Shown: positions 47,978-57,832, numbered from the stretch's first letter. The stretch: DNA of 64,000 nucleotides from Methanothrix sp. (GCA_963682135.1 OY821645.1:1-64000); one strand, 5' to 3'. The notes: a model not told the origin generated them from the sequence alone. Made by a program: numbers and translations.

Positions 47978-50925
47978 ATACATACCCCAAGCGCCTCATT
48001 GAAGTCGATTTGCCCATAAAGAAGATCAGCGCCCATGCCCGCCGGGAGAAGTCCATCCGGCACGGTCACATCTCGACGCTGCATATCTGGTGGGCGCGCC
48101 GGCCATTGGCCGCCTGCCGGGCGGTGATCTGCGCTGCTCTCTGGCCCGACCCGGCCCAGGATGACTGCCCACCAAAGTTTCGTGAGGATGCCTCCGCCAT
48201 CATGGCCCGCTTCAGAAATCCCCTCGGCAGGAGCGATCTGGATTTTCACGATCCAATGGCGCTGCGCAAAGCCCTGCTGGACTTCATCGCCGACTTTGCC
48301 AACTGGGACAACTCGACCAGGAAGGAGTATCTGGAGACGGCCCGCGCCCTCACAGGCTCGGCGCACCTGGCCCTGGGTGGCCTGCCCGGCACCCGTCCGC
48401 TGGTGGTGGACCCGTTCGCAGGCGGCGGCTCGATACCGCTTGAAGCCCTGCGGGTGGGGGCAGACGCCTTCGCCAGTGACCTCAACCCTGTTGCCGTCTT
48501 GCTCAACAAAGTTGTCCTGGAGTACATACCGAAATACGGCCAGACGCTGGCGGATGAAGTTCGCAAATGGGGCGAGTGGATCAAGATCGAAGCGGAGAAG
48601 GAGCTGGGCCGGTTTTATCCAAAAGATCCGGATGGAGCGACTCCCATCGCTTACTTATGGGCGCGGACGGTCACCTGCGAGGGGCCGGGCTGCGGGGCAG
48701 AGGTGCCGCTCATGCGCTCCTTGTGGCTGGCAAAGAAGAGCCGCCGCTCGGTAGCACTGAAATTCATCCCGGACAGGGAAAAGAAGCATGTCGATTTTGA
48801 GATAATCCAGGATTTCAAGGCCCAGGATGTGAGCGAAGGCACAGTGCGGCGCGGCTCGGCCACCTGTCCCGTCTGCGGCTATACCACGCCCGTGGCATCA
48901 GTGCGAAAGCAGCTCAAGGCCCGGCGGGGCGGAGCGGCGGACGCCAGGCTCTTTTGCGTGGTCACAACGAGGCCAGGGCAGCAGGGGCGCTTTTACCGGC
49001 TGCCGACGGAGAGGGATCTGCAGGCCGTCCGGAACGCAGCGGAGGAGCTGGAGCGAAGGAAAGCGGCGCACACCGGGGCATTGAGCCTGGTGCCGGATGA
49101 GCCGACGCCGCTGGGAGGGGGCAGCGGAGCCGGAAGGGCTTTCTCACAGAGAAACTACGGCATGGATCTGTTCGAGGATCTTTTCACCCCCAGGCAGGCC
49201 CTGGCGCTGACCACGCTGGCCCGAATGGTGCGGGAGGCTGGCCGGAAGCTGGCGGAGGAGAACGACGCCGGTATGGCGGGGGCGGTGCAGACATGCTTGG
49301 CGCTAGTGGTGGATCGACAAGCTGATGCGACATCTTCTCTTTGCAGGTGGCATGTAACTGGAGAAAAACACACCGCAACGTTTAGTCGTCAAGCAATCCC
49401 AATGGTTTGGGACTTTTCCGAAGTAAATATTCTCTCAGCTTCTACCGGCGGATTCCCTGGCGCGATCGAATGGGTTTCCCAGGTTTGTGAATCAATTTCA
49501 CTTGTTTTATCTTTTGGTCAAGCGGGGCAGGCAACTGCAACAACAAATCCGCTTCCCGACGACTCTGCAAGGCTATTTCTTACAGATCCGCCATACTATG
49601 ATGCAGTTCCTTATGCAGATCTCTCTGATTTCTTTTTCGTATGGCTGAAAAGGACTTTAGGGGATCTGCACAGTACCATATTCAATGCAGTCCTAACTCC
49701 AAAAGACGAAGAATGTATCGTCGATGAAGTGAAGGGAAAGGACAAAGTCTATTTTGAGGCTAAAATGGGGCTTGCGATGTCGGAAGGCCGTCGAATTCTA
49801 ACGCCGGATGGCATCGGCATCGTCGTCTTCGCCCACAAATCTACAAGTGGCTGGGAGGCCTTACTGCAAGCAATGATTGATGCAGGCTGGATATTCACTG
49901 GTTCCTGGCCCATCGACACTGAGATGGGCACAAGACTTCGAGCCATGGACTCCGCCGCTCTCGCCTCCTCGATCCACCTTGTCTGCCGCCCCCGTGAGAA
50001 CCCGGACGGCTCCGTTCGGGAAGACGACGTGGGCGACTGGTCCGACGTGCTGGCCGAGCTTCCCCGCCGCATCCACGCCTGGCTGCCCGGCCTGGCAGCC
50101 GAGGGCGTTGTCGGCGCTGATGCCATCTTCTCCTGCCTGGGGCCCGCCCTGGAGATCTACAGCCGCTACACCCGCGTGGAGAAGGCCAGCGGCGAGGTTG
50201 TGGCCCTCAAGGTGTATCTGGAAGAGGTCTGGGCGGCAGTCTCCCGTGAGGCGCTGGGCATGATCTTCGAGAGCGGGGACGGCTCGGGCCTGGAGGAAGA
50301 CGCCAGGCTGACTGCCATGTGGCTGTGGACCCTCTCAGCCGGAGCCGATAATGGAGATAGTAGTAGCAATAGTAGTAACGAGGGTGAGGGCGAGACGGAT
50401 GAGGACAAAACGCCTAAAGCCACGCTGAAGGGCTTCGTCCTGGAGTATGATGCGGCACGGAAAATTGCGCAGGGCCTGGGCGCACATCTGGAGAACCTGA
50501 CGACTCTGGTGGAGGTAAAGGGCGACAAGGCCCGGCTTCTTCCTGTCTCCGAGCGCACTTCTTATCTCTTCGGCCAGGTGCAGGCGTCTCCTGCCACCAA
50601 AAGAGAGCGCAAGAAGAAAACGGAGCAGCAGACCACGCTTTCCGGAGGCATCGTGCACCAAGCCGAAAACATGACGAGCGGGCCGGCGGGCGAACTCACC
50701 TCACCGGCCCCCGGCTCGACCGTGCTGGACCGGCTGCACCAGGCCATGCTGCTGTTTTCGAGCGGCAGAAGCGAGGCGCTGAAAAGGTTCATCGAAGAGG
50801 ACATCAGCCAGGATCAGGGGCTGTGGAGCCTGGCTCAGTCGCTGTCTGCTCTCTATCCTGCCGGAAGCGAGGAGCGGCGGTGGGTGGAGGGGGTGCTGAC
50901 AAGGAAGAAGAGCCTGGGGATGTGA
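47974..50925 (+). CDS. DUF1156 adenine DNA methyltransferase with Zn ribbon
   Basis: LHIWWARRPL, DPFAGGGSIP, CEGPGC...CPVC, TDPPYYD. Confidence 0.92.
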   Translation: MNTYPKRLIEVDLPIKKISAHARREKSIRHGHISTLHIWWARRPLAACRAVICAALWPDPAQDDCPPKFREDASAIMARFRNPLGRSDLDFHDPMALRKALLDFIADFANWDNSTRKEYLETARALTGSAHLALGGLPGTRPLVVDPFAGGGSIPLEALRVGADAFASDLNPVAVLLNKVVLEYIPKYGQTLADEVRKWGEWIKIEAEKELGRFYPKDPDGATPIAYLWARTVTCEGPGCGAEVPLMRSLWLAKKSRRSVALKFIPDREKKHVDFEIIQDFKAQDVSEGTVRRGSATCPVCGYTTPVASVRKQLKARRGGAADARLFCVVTTRPGQQGRFYRLPTERDLQAVRNAAEELERRKAAHTGALSLVPDEPTPLGGGSGAGRAFSQRNYGMDLFEDLFTPRQALALTTLARMVREAGRKLAEENDAGMAGAVQTCLALVVDRQADATSSLCRWHVTGEKHTATFSRQAIPMVWDFSEVNILSASTGGFPGAIEWVSQVCESISLVLSFGQAGQATATTNPLPDDSARLFLTDPPYYDAVPYADLSDFFFVWLKRTLGDLHSTIFNAVLTPKDEECIVDEVKGKDKVYFEAKMGLAMSEGRRILTPDGIGIVVFAHKSTSGWEALLQAMIDAGWIFTGSWPIDTEMGTRLRAMDSAALASSIHLVCRPRENPDGSVREDDVGDWSDVLAELPRRIHAWLPGLAAEGVVGADAIFSCLGPALEIYSRYTRVEKASGEVVALKVYLEEVWAAVSREALGMIFESGDGSGLEEDARLTAMWLWTLSAGADNGDSSSNSSNEGEGETDEDKTPKATLKGFVLEYDAARKIAQGLGAHLENLTTLVEVKGDKARLLPVSERTSYLFGQVQASPATKRERKKKTEQQTTLSGGIVHQAENMTSGPAGELTSPAPGSTVLDRLHQAMLLFSSGRSEALKRFIEEDISQDQGLWSLAQSLSALYPAGSEERRWVEGVLTRKKSLGM

Positions 50926-51030
50926 TGAAATTGGATTACTTTCGGGGTGCTAGCATCAGATCTATTAAGATGAAATTAACCTAAGAATAATACCGTCTGT
51001 AAACGCACGATCTGGTGGGGATAAATAAAA

Positions 51031-52377
51031 ATGAGGATTCTGCTGGATAGTAAAATCTATGAGATAACGGCAGATCACGTTCTTTCGAACAATCTACAAG
51101 ATCTCTTAGATGTCCTAAAAGGAGTAGGAGCAGAGGTAATTACCGGACCGTTATCTTTGAAGGACCTAGTAAGAACGGACTTCGTAACCGACTTCTTGGT
51201 AACAGAAGATAGAGACATTCATAAAGATGCTAGCACAAGAGACTTGGACGATAGAGTCCTTCTGGTCGAAGAAGCGCTACAAATTTTTAATAGTTATATA
51301 AATAAAGATATTAAAATAGTGCCGCTTCCTTTGAAGCGTGAGTTAGTTCGGAATTTGAATTATGATGATCATATTTTCGACACGCTAAAAGAAGAATACA
51401 AGCCGAAGTTTGAAGAATGGTTTAAAAAGATCTCAAAGGAGGGTCGAAAAAGCTGGGTATACTATAGGAAAGATGGAACTATCGGTGCAATTCTTATTTA
51501 TAAATTGGAGACGGAGTCAATAGAGGATTCAAAGCCGCCTCTCCCGGAGAGAAAGAGGCTCAAAGTAGCTATGTTAAAGGTTACGTATATTGAGCACAAA
51601 ATTGGGGAGCTATTTATCAAAATGGCGGTGGATGTTTCTGTTAAGAATAACATCGAGGAGATCTATTTAACTCATTTTACCAAACCTAATGACCCGTTAG
51701 TCAAATTGATATCCGAATATGGCTTCAATAAAATAGCCGTAAAGAATAATGGGGAAGATATCTTTGCCAAAAGGCTAATAGTCGAGGGTGTTGTGTCAAA
51801 GAGATTTTCTCCAATCGAAATATCCAAAATATTTTATCCTAGTTTTTATGATGGCGATCAAGTAAAGAAATTCGTTGTTCCTATTCTTCCTGAGTATCAT
51901 AACAAGCTGTTTACCGACTTTTCCAGAAGACAAATTATGCTGCCAGAATACGCCGATGAATTCGTTGTTGAAGGAAATACCATAAAGAAAGCTTATCTCT
52001 CTCATTCGAATATTAAACGAATGGGACGGGGAGATCTTATATTATTTTATAGATCGGAAGATGAACAAGCCATAACATCTCTCGGTGTTGTAGAAGCAGT
52101 CTACACGGGCATAAAAGATGCTGGACAAATACTTCAACTCGTTGGAAAGAGGACCGTCTTCTCCCGTGAAGAAATCGATAAGTGGGTAGAAAAAAGCCCT
52201 GTATCAATCTTTCTTTTCAGACATCACTTCCATTTAATGAGGTCCGTGAACCTAGAGAAGCTAATCGATGGGCAAGTCATTAAAGCAGCTCCCCAGTCGG
52301 TGATGGAGATATCTAGCGAAAAATACGCACTAATAAAAAAAATGGGCGGTATCGATGAACGTTATATTGTCCATTAG
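51031..52377 (+). CDS. PIN-like remnant/GNAT/PUA(EVE-like) multidomain protein
   Basis: LKVAMLKV...KIGELFIK...IYLT...YGF (GNAT); VPILPEYHNKLF, NTIKKAYL, GDLILFYRS (PUA-like). Confidence 0.75.
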   Translation: MRILLDSKIYEITADHVLSNNLQDLLDVLKGVGAEVITGPLSLKDLVRTDFVTDFLVTEDRDIHKDASTRDLDDRVLLVEEALQIFNSYINKDIKIVPLPLKRELVRNLNYDDHIFDTLKEEYKPKFEEWFKKISKEGRKSWVYYRKDGTIGAILIYKLETESIEDSKPPLPERKRLKVAMLKVTYIEHKIGELFIKMAVDVSVKNNIEEIYLTHFTKPNDPLVKLISEYGFNKIAVKNNGEDIFAKRLIVEGVVSKRFSPIEISKIFYPSFYDGDQVKKFVVPILPEYHNKLFTDFSRRQIMLPEYADEFVVEGNTIKKAYLSHSNIKRMGRGDLILFYRSEDEQAITSLGVVEAVYTGIKDAGQILQLVGKRTVFSREEIDKWVEKSPVSIFLFRHHFHLMRSVNLEKLIDGQVIKAAPQSVMEISSEKYALIKKMGGIDERYIVH

Positions 52378-52795
52378 GCCGAAATACGCGGAGTTGATAT
52401 TGAGCGGAGCAAAGAGATATGAGTTTCGCAAATCAATATTTAGTAATAAATATGTTGAAGAAGCTTATATTTATGAAACATATCCGATAAAAAAGATAAT
52501 AGGCGTATTTAATATTGGCAATATAATTAGAGATAGTCCTAAAAGCTTATGGGATCAATTCGGCCATCTTTCCGGGATGAATGAAGCTGAATTCTTCAAT
52601 TATTTCCAGGATATCCAAATCGGCTTTGCAATTGAGATCAAACACTTGGTGATCCTGGACACTCCAATCGATCCAAGGGAAAAGATTTTGGACTTCACTC
52701 CACCTCAATCCTTCTGTTACCTGAAATATTCCTTAGTTCCAGAATGTGTAGCTATTAACGGCCATACCGAGCCACGATTTGGAAGCTTCCTGTGA
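52355..52795 (+). CDS. ASCH-domain protein
   Basis: LSIRPKYAELILSGAKRYEFRK, PPQSFCY. Confidence 0.88.
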   Translation: MNVILSIRPKYAELILSGAKRYEFRKSIFSNKYVEEAYIYETYPIKKIIGVFNIGNIIRDSPKSLWDQFGHLSGMNEAEFFNYFQDIQIGFAIEIKHLVILDTPIDPREKILDFTPPQSFCYLKYSLVPECVAINGHTEPRFGSFL

Positions 52796-52797
52796 TC

Positions 52798-52940
52798 CTA
52801 ACGAGAAATGAAGTTGCATGCTGTGCAAAATGCTGCATAGTAAGCTCTGCTGATCGATGATCGCAACTTTGCCTCATCATTGGAGCTTTCGGCCAGCTCT
52901 TCCGCTAGCTCATGGTAAGACTTCCAGTTGAACTCTGCAT
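52798..52940 (-). pseudogene. Truncated HEPN-domain gene
   Basis: AEFNWKSYHELAEEL...EAKLRSSISRAYYAAF then stop; the nearby ATG is out of frame. Confidence 0.7.
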
Positions 52941-52949
52941 GCCGCTCTG

Positions 52950-53324
52950 CTATCTGTATTCCACCTTAATACAGATATCTGCAGGCGAAGTGCTTGAGGC
53001 ACCAAGCCACCAGCTATCATCAAAAGCATCCAGCTTTCTGAGGGCATCGCTTGGCGGAAGGCTGGTAGATATGGAGATCAAAAGCTCTCTTTCATTCGGT
53101 GAGCCGGGATCTCTGAGTACTTCCATAAAGATCTCGCCCAGTGGAAAATGCTCTCGGATTCTCTCTTGCGCCTCTGAGACTAATGCAATGGCTGAAGGCT
53201 CCTTCTTTAAGAAGTCATACACATCATCAGGCCTCCGATGAGTATAATCCATGGCCATTGCCACAATATCCCTATTCAGATTATCAATTCCAGCGAACCT
53301 GGCTTCCAACTTTTGCACAAGCAT
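52950..53324 (-). CDS. HEPN-associated hypothetical protein (putative antitoxin partner)
   Basis: V..FL...AQERIREHF...EVLRDP...LDAFDDSWW; directly upstream of the HEPN remnant. Confidence 0.55.
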   Translation of the reverse strand: MLVQKLEARFAGIDNLNRDIVAMAMDYTHRRPDDVYDFLKKEPSAIALVSEAQERIREHFPLGEIFMEVLRDPGSPNERELLISISTSLPPSDALRKLDAFDDSWWLGASSTSPADICIKVEYR

Positions 53325-53423
53325 CTCCTGAATAATGATCCGAGTCGATAATATTTATCTCTTTGGTCTGCGAATATTGTCGCGGATCGTGTAGAGATCC
53401 GACAGGCAGTAAAGGATGAACGG

Positions 53424-54002
53424 ATGATCAATAATCGGTGGAAAGAAGCCTTCCTGGGAACTGTCCAGCATTACGAGAATGCCGGCCTGCTCCGAACGGC
53501 AGCCCTGGATGAGCGGCTGGCGGACTGGACGGCACACCTCACAGGTGCTGTGGTCCAGACCTGCGATAGCTTGGGCTGGGTTTCGGCTGCTAAGGGAAAT
53601 AAGCTGCATATCCTGCCCATACCCCACTGTGAATATCTCACCCTGGACGTTATGGCTTTCGCTCCTGCGTCCTCCGGCGGCTGGTGTTTTCCAGTCGCTG
53701 TCGCTGAGCTGGAGAACAGCCCTGACGAAAGAAGGATCGCTTATTCCCTCTGGAAGGTCCTCTGCGTGAGATCAGACCTGCGGATCGTCTTCTGCTACCG
53801 CCATAGCTTCGCAGACGCTCCGGCGCTGGTCAGATACCTTGGTCAGGAAGTAGTAAAGGCATTACCCGTAGAAGATCGAATGAACCTCAAAGGTGAGACC
53901 TACCTGGTCGTCGGAAGCAGGAACGATTCCGCCACTTTCCCTTACGGCTTCTTCAAGTGGTGGCAGCTTGACAAAAACACCGGAAACTTTAACGTTATGT
54001 AA
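53424..54002 (+). CDS. Putative PD-(D/E)xK-fold nuclease-like protein
   Basis: EYLTLDVMAF...VAVAELENS (D...ExE); co-oriented just before DUF499. Confidence 0.55.
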   Translation: MINNRWKEAFLGTVQHYENAGLLRTAALDERLADWTAHLTGAVVQTCDSLGWVSAAKGNKLHILPIPHCEYLTLDVMAFAPASSGGWCFPVAVAELENSPDERRIAYSLWKVLCVRSDLRIVFCYRHSFADAPALVRYLGQEVVKALPVEDRMNLKGETYLVVGSRNDSATFPYGFFKWWQLDKNTGNFNVM

Positions 54003-54027
54003 TTAAATCGCTTCCATCAACGGGAGC

Positions 54028-57000
54028 ATGGAAGAAATGGCACTTACACCCTGGCATAAATCGGCTACGCCGCGTGAAGACCTGCGCAAAGGCAAGCCAA
54101 TGGACGCAGCGGAATTCGCCGTAAACCTCGATCGAGTCAGGGATGGCAAAGCGCCTGATGATTACAAGGACCCAAGGCAGTTCTTCGAGAGAACTTACCT
54201 CACCAAGAATCTGACCGCACTGGCCGCGGAGGTACAGCGCCGCTTTTCCGGCATTCGGACGGAGACTTCCGCCGTCTTCAATATGGCCACCCAGTTTGGC
54301 GGAGGAAAGACTCACGCACTCACCCTGCTTTACCACCTGGCCAGAAACGGCCCGGCCGCTAATGAGTGGCCAGGCGTTAGTAAGATCCTGGGCCAGGCAG
54401 GACTTGATAGTATTCCAAGGGCAGCGACTGCCGTCTTCGTGGGCACTGAATTCGACTCTATTGCCGGAAAGGGTGGCAATGGAAACGGCGAGCCCCTGCG
54501 AAAGACGCCCTGGGGCGAGATAGCCTTCCAATTGAGCGGTGCGCAGGGCTTTTCTGTAGTCGAGGAGCATGATAAACTGAAGACCGCACCGGGCGGCGAT
54601 GTGATCCGCAGTTTTCTGCCTAAAGATCGGCCTTGCCTCATCCTCATGGACGAGCTGATGAACTACGTCAGCAGAAACCGCGAGTCCGGTCTCTCCGATC
54701 AGCTTTACAACTTCATCCAGAACCTGACAAACGTCGCCAGCGGTGAGGACCGGGTGGTCCTGGTGGCCTCCATTCCCGGTTCCCAGATGGAGATGAACGA
54801 AGCTGATTTTTCTGACTACAACAGCTTCAAGAAAATCATGGATAAGCACGGCAAAGCGGTGATGATATCCGCCGAGGCTGAAACCTCAGAGATCATACGC
54901 AGAAGGCTGTTTGAGTGGGGTCCTGAGGAAATATCCTCTGACGGAAAGATTCGGCTGGGCGCTGAAGCCAAAAAGACCTGCAAAGCTTACGCCTCCTGGG
55001 TCAAGGCTCATCGGCATCAAGTTCCTGGCTGGTTTCCTGTCGATCATGCCGAAGAAATGTTTGAGGCGACCTATCCTTTTCATCCCATGGTCCTCTCCGT
55101 CTTTGAGACGAAATGGCAAGCTCTTCCCAGGTTCCAGAGGACACGCGGCATTCTCCGTCTTCTTGCTCTCTGGGTATCCAAGGTCTATCAAGAAAACTAT
55201 ACTGACGCCCATTCTGACGCTCTAATCGGCCTTGGCACGGCTCCTTTAGAAGATCCGATTTTCCGTGCAGCTATCTTCGAGCAGCTCGGCGAGGATCGCC
55301 TGGAAGGATCAGTTACGACAGACATTGCAGGACGAAAAGAGGCCCATGCCGTAAGGCTTGACAATGAGGCCGGCTCTAGCATCAAGAAGGCCCGCCTGCA
55401 CCGGAAGGTAGCTACTGTCATTCTCTTTGAATCCAATGGTGGCCAGACACACGGCACACAAGCGACTCTGCCGGAAATACGCCTGGCAGTGGCGGAGCCG
55501 GATCTTGATATCGGAAATATCGAGACAGTCTTGGATACTCTTTCCAGCAACTGTTATTACCTGGAGGCCTACGGGACGAGCTACAGATTCGGTCTGCAGA
55601 TACAACTGCCCAAGATTCATGCCGACCGCAAGGCAAGTGTCCCTAAGCCGGAAATTGATGAGTGCTTGAAGAATGCCATAATTAAGGTCTTCAATGAAAG
55701 CAATATCATCAAGACGGTATTCTTCCCGGAGAAGAGCAGCGATATCCAGGATAATCCTGCCCTGGCCCTCATTGTCCTGTCTCCAGATCATCGCAGATTG
55801 GACCATGTGGCTATGGACCTTGTTGAGTCCATGACTAAAGATCATGGTACCTCTGCCAGGACGTACAAAAGTGCTCTGATCTGGGCTATGGTTGATAATG
55901 ATGCGAATCTGACGAGCGAAGCTCGTAATGCTCTTGCCTGGGAGAAGATCCATGATGAGGCGGATCAACTGCATCTCAACGAGAGGCAGAATAGAGAAGT
56001 AAACGAGAAGATCGGCAAAGCTAAACGAGACCTTAGAGAAGCAGTCTGGAGAAGCTACAAGAACCTTGCTATCCTTGGAAAGGATAACAGGATCTCCTTG
56101 ATAGATCTTGGCCTGATTCATTCCAGCGCCGCTAAGACCATTGTGGACCTTTATCTTATGCAACTGAGGCAGAAAGACACTATCACCAGCAGCATCAGCC
56201 CCAATTTTCTATTCAAGAACTGGCCCCCGGCTTTTAAGGAATGGTCGACGAAGTCGGTTCGTGATGCATTTTTTGCGTCACCTCAGTTTCCGAGAATATT
56301 GAATCCGGATGCTGTAAAGGAAGCCATCTCAAAAGGCGTTTCTAACGGGATCTTTGCATACGTTGGCAAGTCTGCAGCAGGCGAATATGATCCTGTCTAT
56401 TACAATATTGGCCTACTACCCGAAGAGGTAGAAATATCAGAGGAATGGTTCATTGTGAAGGAGCCCAAGACACCAGAGCTTCATGAGATCATTGTATCCC
56501 CTAATCAGACAAGCATCAAGCCGGGTGAGGAAGTTGCATTTACTGCAATTGGGCTAAGCAAGCAGGGTTTAGAAGTTAAGATAGATGCATTAAACTGGAT
56601 TGCAACAGGCGGCACTATCAATGCACCTGGTATCTTTAAGGCAGGGACCGAAGAGGGTGTTTTTTCTGTAAATGCAATTGCATGTGATGTCAAGGGATCG
56701 GCTTGTGTCACCATCTTAGCAGCGGGCGTGGGCCGAGCATTGAAACGTGTGACAGTATCTCCACAAGATTCGCATATCGGACCCGGCAAGACACAGGTAT
56801 TTACTGCAAAAGGATTTGACAAAGATGGCCTTGAAGTGCCATTAGTTAAGATCGATTGGAGTGCGACAGGCGGCACAATCGATGGTAATGGGGTCTTCCA
56901 GGCAGGCCAAGAGGAAGGCGTCTTCAAGGTAACTGCGATAGCGAGGGATGCTAACGGCTCTGCATCTCTTAAAGTCGGGTGGCTAAGTCCTCACTGGGAT

Positions 57001-57180
57001 GGAGAAATACCACATCAAAAATGGACACAATTCTATAACAGGATCCTATCTAAGTTTGCAGTCCGCAAAGGGTTGAAGCTGACGGTAGCCGTGGATATTT
57101 TGGATGCCTCTGAGGAAGAAGTTGAGGATATGAGGACGGCTCTACGCGAACTGGGTCTTGAGGATACAGTCATAGTGTAG
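54028..57180 (+). CDS. DUF499 AAA+ ATPase with two C-terminal Ig-like repeats
   Basis: TQFGGGKTH, LILMDEL, YPFHP, FQRTRGILRLL; two repeats VSP....I.PG...FTA.G....G......W.ATGGTI...G.F.AG.EEG.F.V.A. Confidence 0.9.
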   Translation: MEEMALTPWHKSATPREDLRKGKPMDAAEFAVNLDRVRDGKAPDDYKDPRQFFERTYLTKNLTALAAEVQRRFSGIRTETSAVFNMATQFGGGKTHALTLLYHLARNGPAANEWPGVSKILGQAGLDSIPRAATAVFVGTEFDSIAGKGGNGNGEPLRKTPWGEIAFQLSGAQGFSVVEEHDKLKTAPGGDVIRSFLPKDRPCLILMDELMNYVSRNRESGLSDQLYNFIQNLTNVASGEDRVVLVASIPGSQMEMNEADFSDYNSFKKIMDKHGKAVMISAEAETSEIIRRRLFEWGPEEISSDGKIRLGAEAKKTCKAYASWVKAHRHQVPGWFPVDHAEEMFEATYPFHPMVLSVFETKWQALPRFQRTRGILRLLALWVSKVYQENYTDAHSDALIGLGTAPLEDPIFRAAIFEQLGEDRLEGSVTTDIAGRKEAHAVRLDNEAGSSIKKARLHRKVATVILFESNGGQTHGTQATLPEIRLAVAEPDLDIGNIETVLDTLSSNCYYLEAYGTSYRFGLQIQLPKIHADRKASVPKPEIDECLKNAIIKVFNESNIIKTVFFPEKSSDIQDNPALALIVLSPDHRRLDHVAMDLVESMTKDHGTSARTYKSALIWAMVDNDANLTSEARNALAWEKIHDEADQLHLNERQNREVNEKIGKAKRDLREAVWRSYKNLAILGKDNRISLIDLGLIHSSAAKTIVDLYLMQLRQKDTITSSISPNFLFKNWPPAFKEWSTKSVRDAFFASPQFPRILNPDAVKEAISKGVSNGIFAYVGKSAAGEYDPVYYNIGLLPEEVEISEEWFIVKEPKTPELHEIIVSPNQTSIKPGEEVAFTAIGLSKQGLEVKIDALNWIATGGTINAPGIFKAGTEEGVFSVNAIACDVKGSACVTILAAGVGRALKRVTVSPQDSHIGPGKTQVFTAKGFDKDGLEVPLVKIDWSATGGTIDGNGVFQAGQEEGVFKVTAIARDANGSASLKVGWLSPHWDGEIPHQKWTQFYNRILSKFAVRKGLKLTVAVDILDASEEEVEDMRTALRELGLEDTVIV

Positions 57181-57194
57181 ATCAGATGTCATTC

Positions 57195-57773
57195 TCAGTC
57201 ATTTTTCTTCCCCGACAGTTTTTTCCCAATGATATCTCGAATCGGCTGGATCTGGCCTCGCTTGGCGCTCATGGGAGCAATCCGGTCCGTCCACTGCGTC
57301 CAGGGGGGCATCATACCCAGCCTCTCGCAGATAAGATCCAGTGCTCCATCCACGTCCACCTTGGCGATGCGATCCATCTTGTTTGCCGCCAAAACCACAT
57401 CCAGCCCCATATCGGTCAGGAACTGCCAGAGTTCGATCTCAAAAGGCACCTCTCCCCGTCCTTCCCAGCGATCGGCGATATCCAGGAAAGAGGCCGCATC
57501 GATCACCTGTATGGCCAAAATGATCTCCTCTGCATTCTGCTCGAAATAATGCACGATCAAGTCCTTGGTCTTCTCCTGATCGGCGCGGGTTGCTTTGAGC
57601 ATGAAACCGTACCCCGGCATATCTACGTAATAGATGTCCCCGACCTTTGTCTTGAAGGGGTACTGAGTGATTCCGGGGCGTTTTCCTACCCGGACCTTTT
57701 TTCCCGTAAGCTCCCAAAAGAGGGTGGATTTGCCGACGTTGGACCTGCCGATGAGGACGATCTCCCTGGACAT
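57195..57773 (-). CDS. engB: GTP-binding protein EngB
   Basis: GRSNVGKS, PGIT, DMPGYG, NKMD, SAK. Confidence 0.93.
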   Translation of the reverse strand: MSREIVLIGRSNVGKSTLFWELTGKKVRVGKRPGITQYPFKTKVGDIYYVDMPGYGFMLKATRADQEKTKDLIVHYFEQNAEEIILAIQVIDAASFLDIADRWEGRGEVPFEIELWQFLTDMGLDVVLAANKMDRIAKVDVDGALDLICERLGMMPPWTQWTDRIAPMSAKRGQIQPIRDIIGKKLSGKKND

Positions 57774-57832
57774 AATAATCATAAAGAAGGGCAAGATTGA
57801 AAAGGATGCCTATGCAAAGTTAGGTAGAATAA

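Noticed and set aside
50355-50385. AGT/AGC microrepeat in the methylase
   Set aside because: In-frame Ser/Asn linker, imperfect, not a phase-variation tract.
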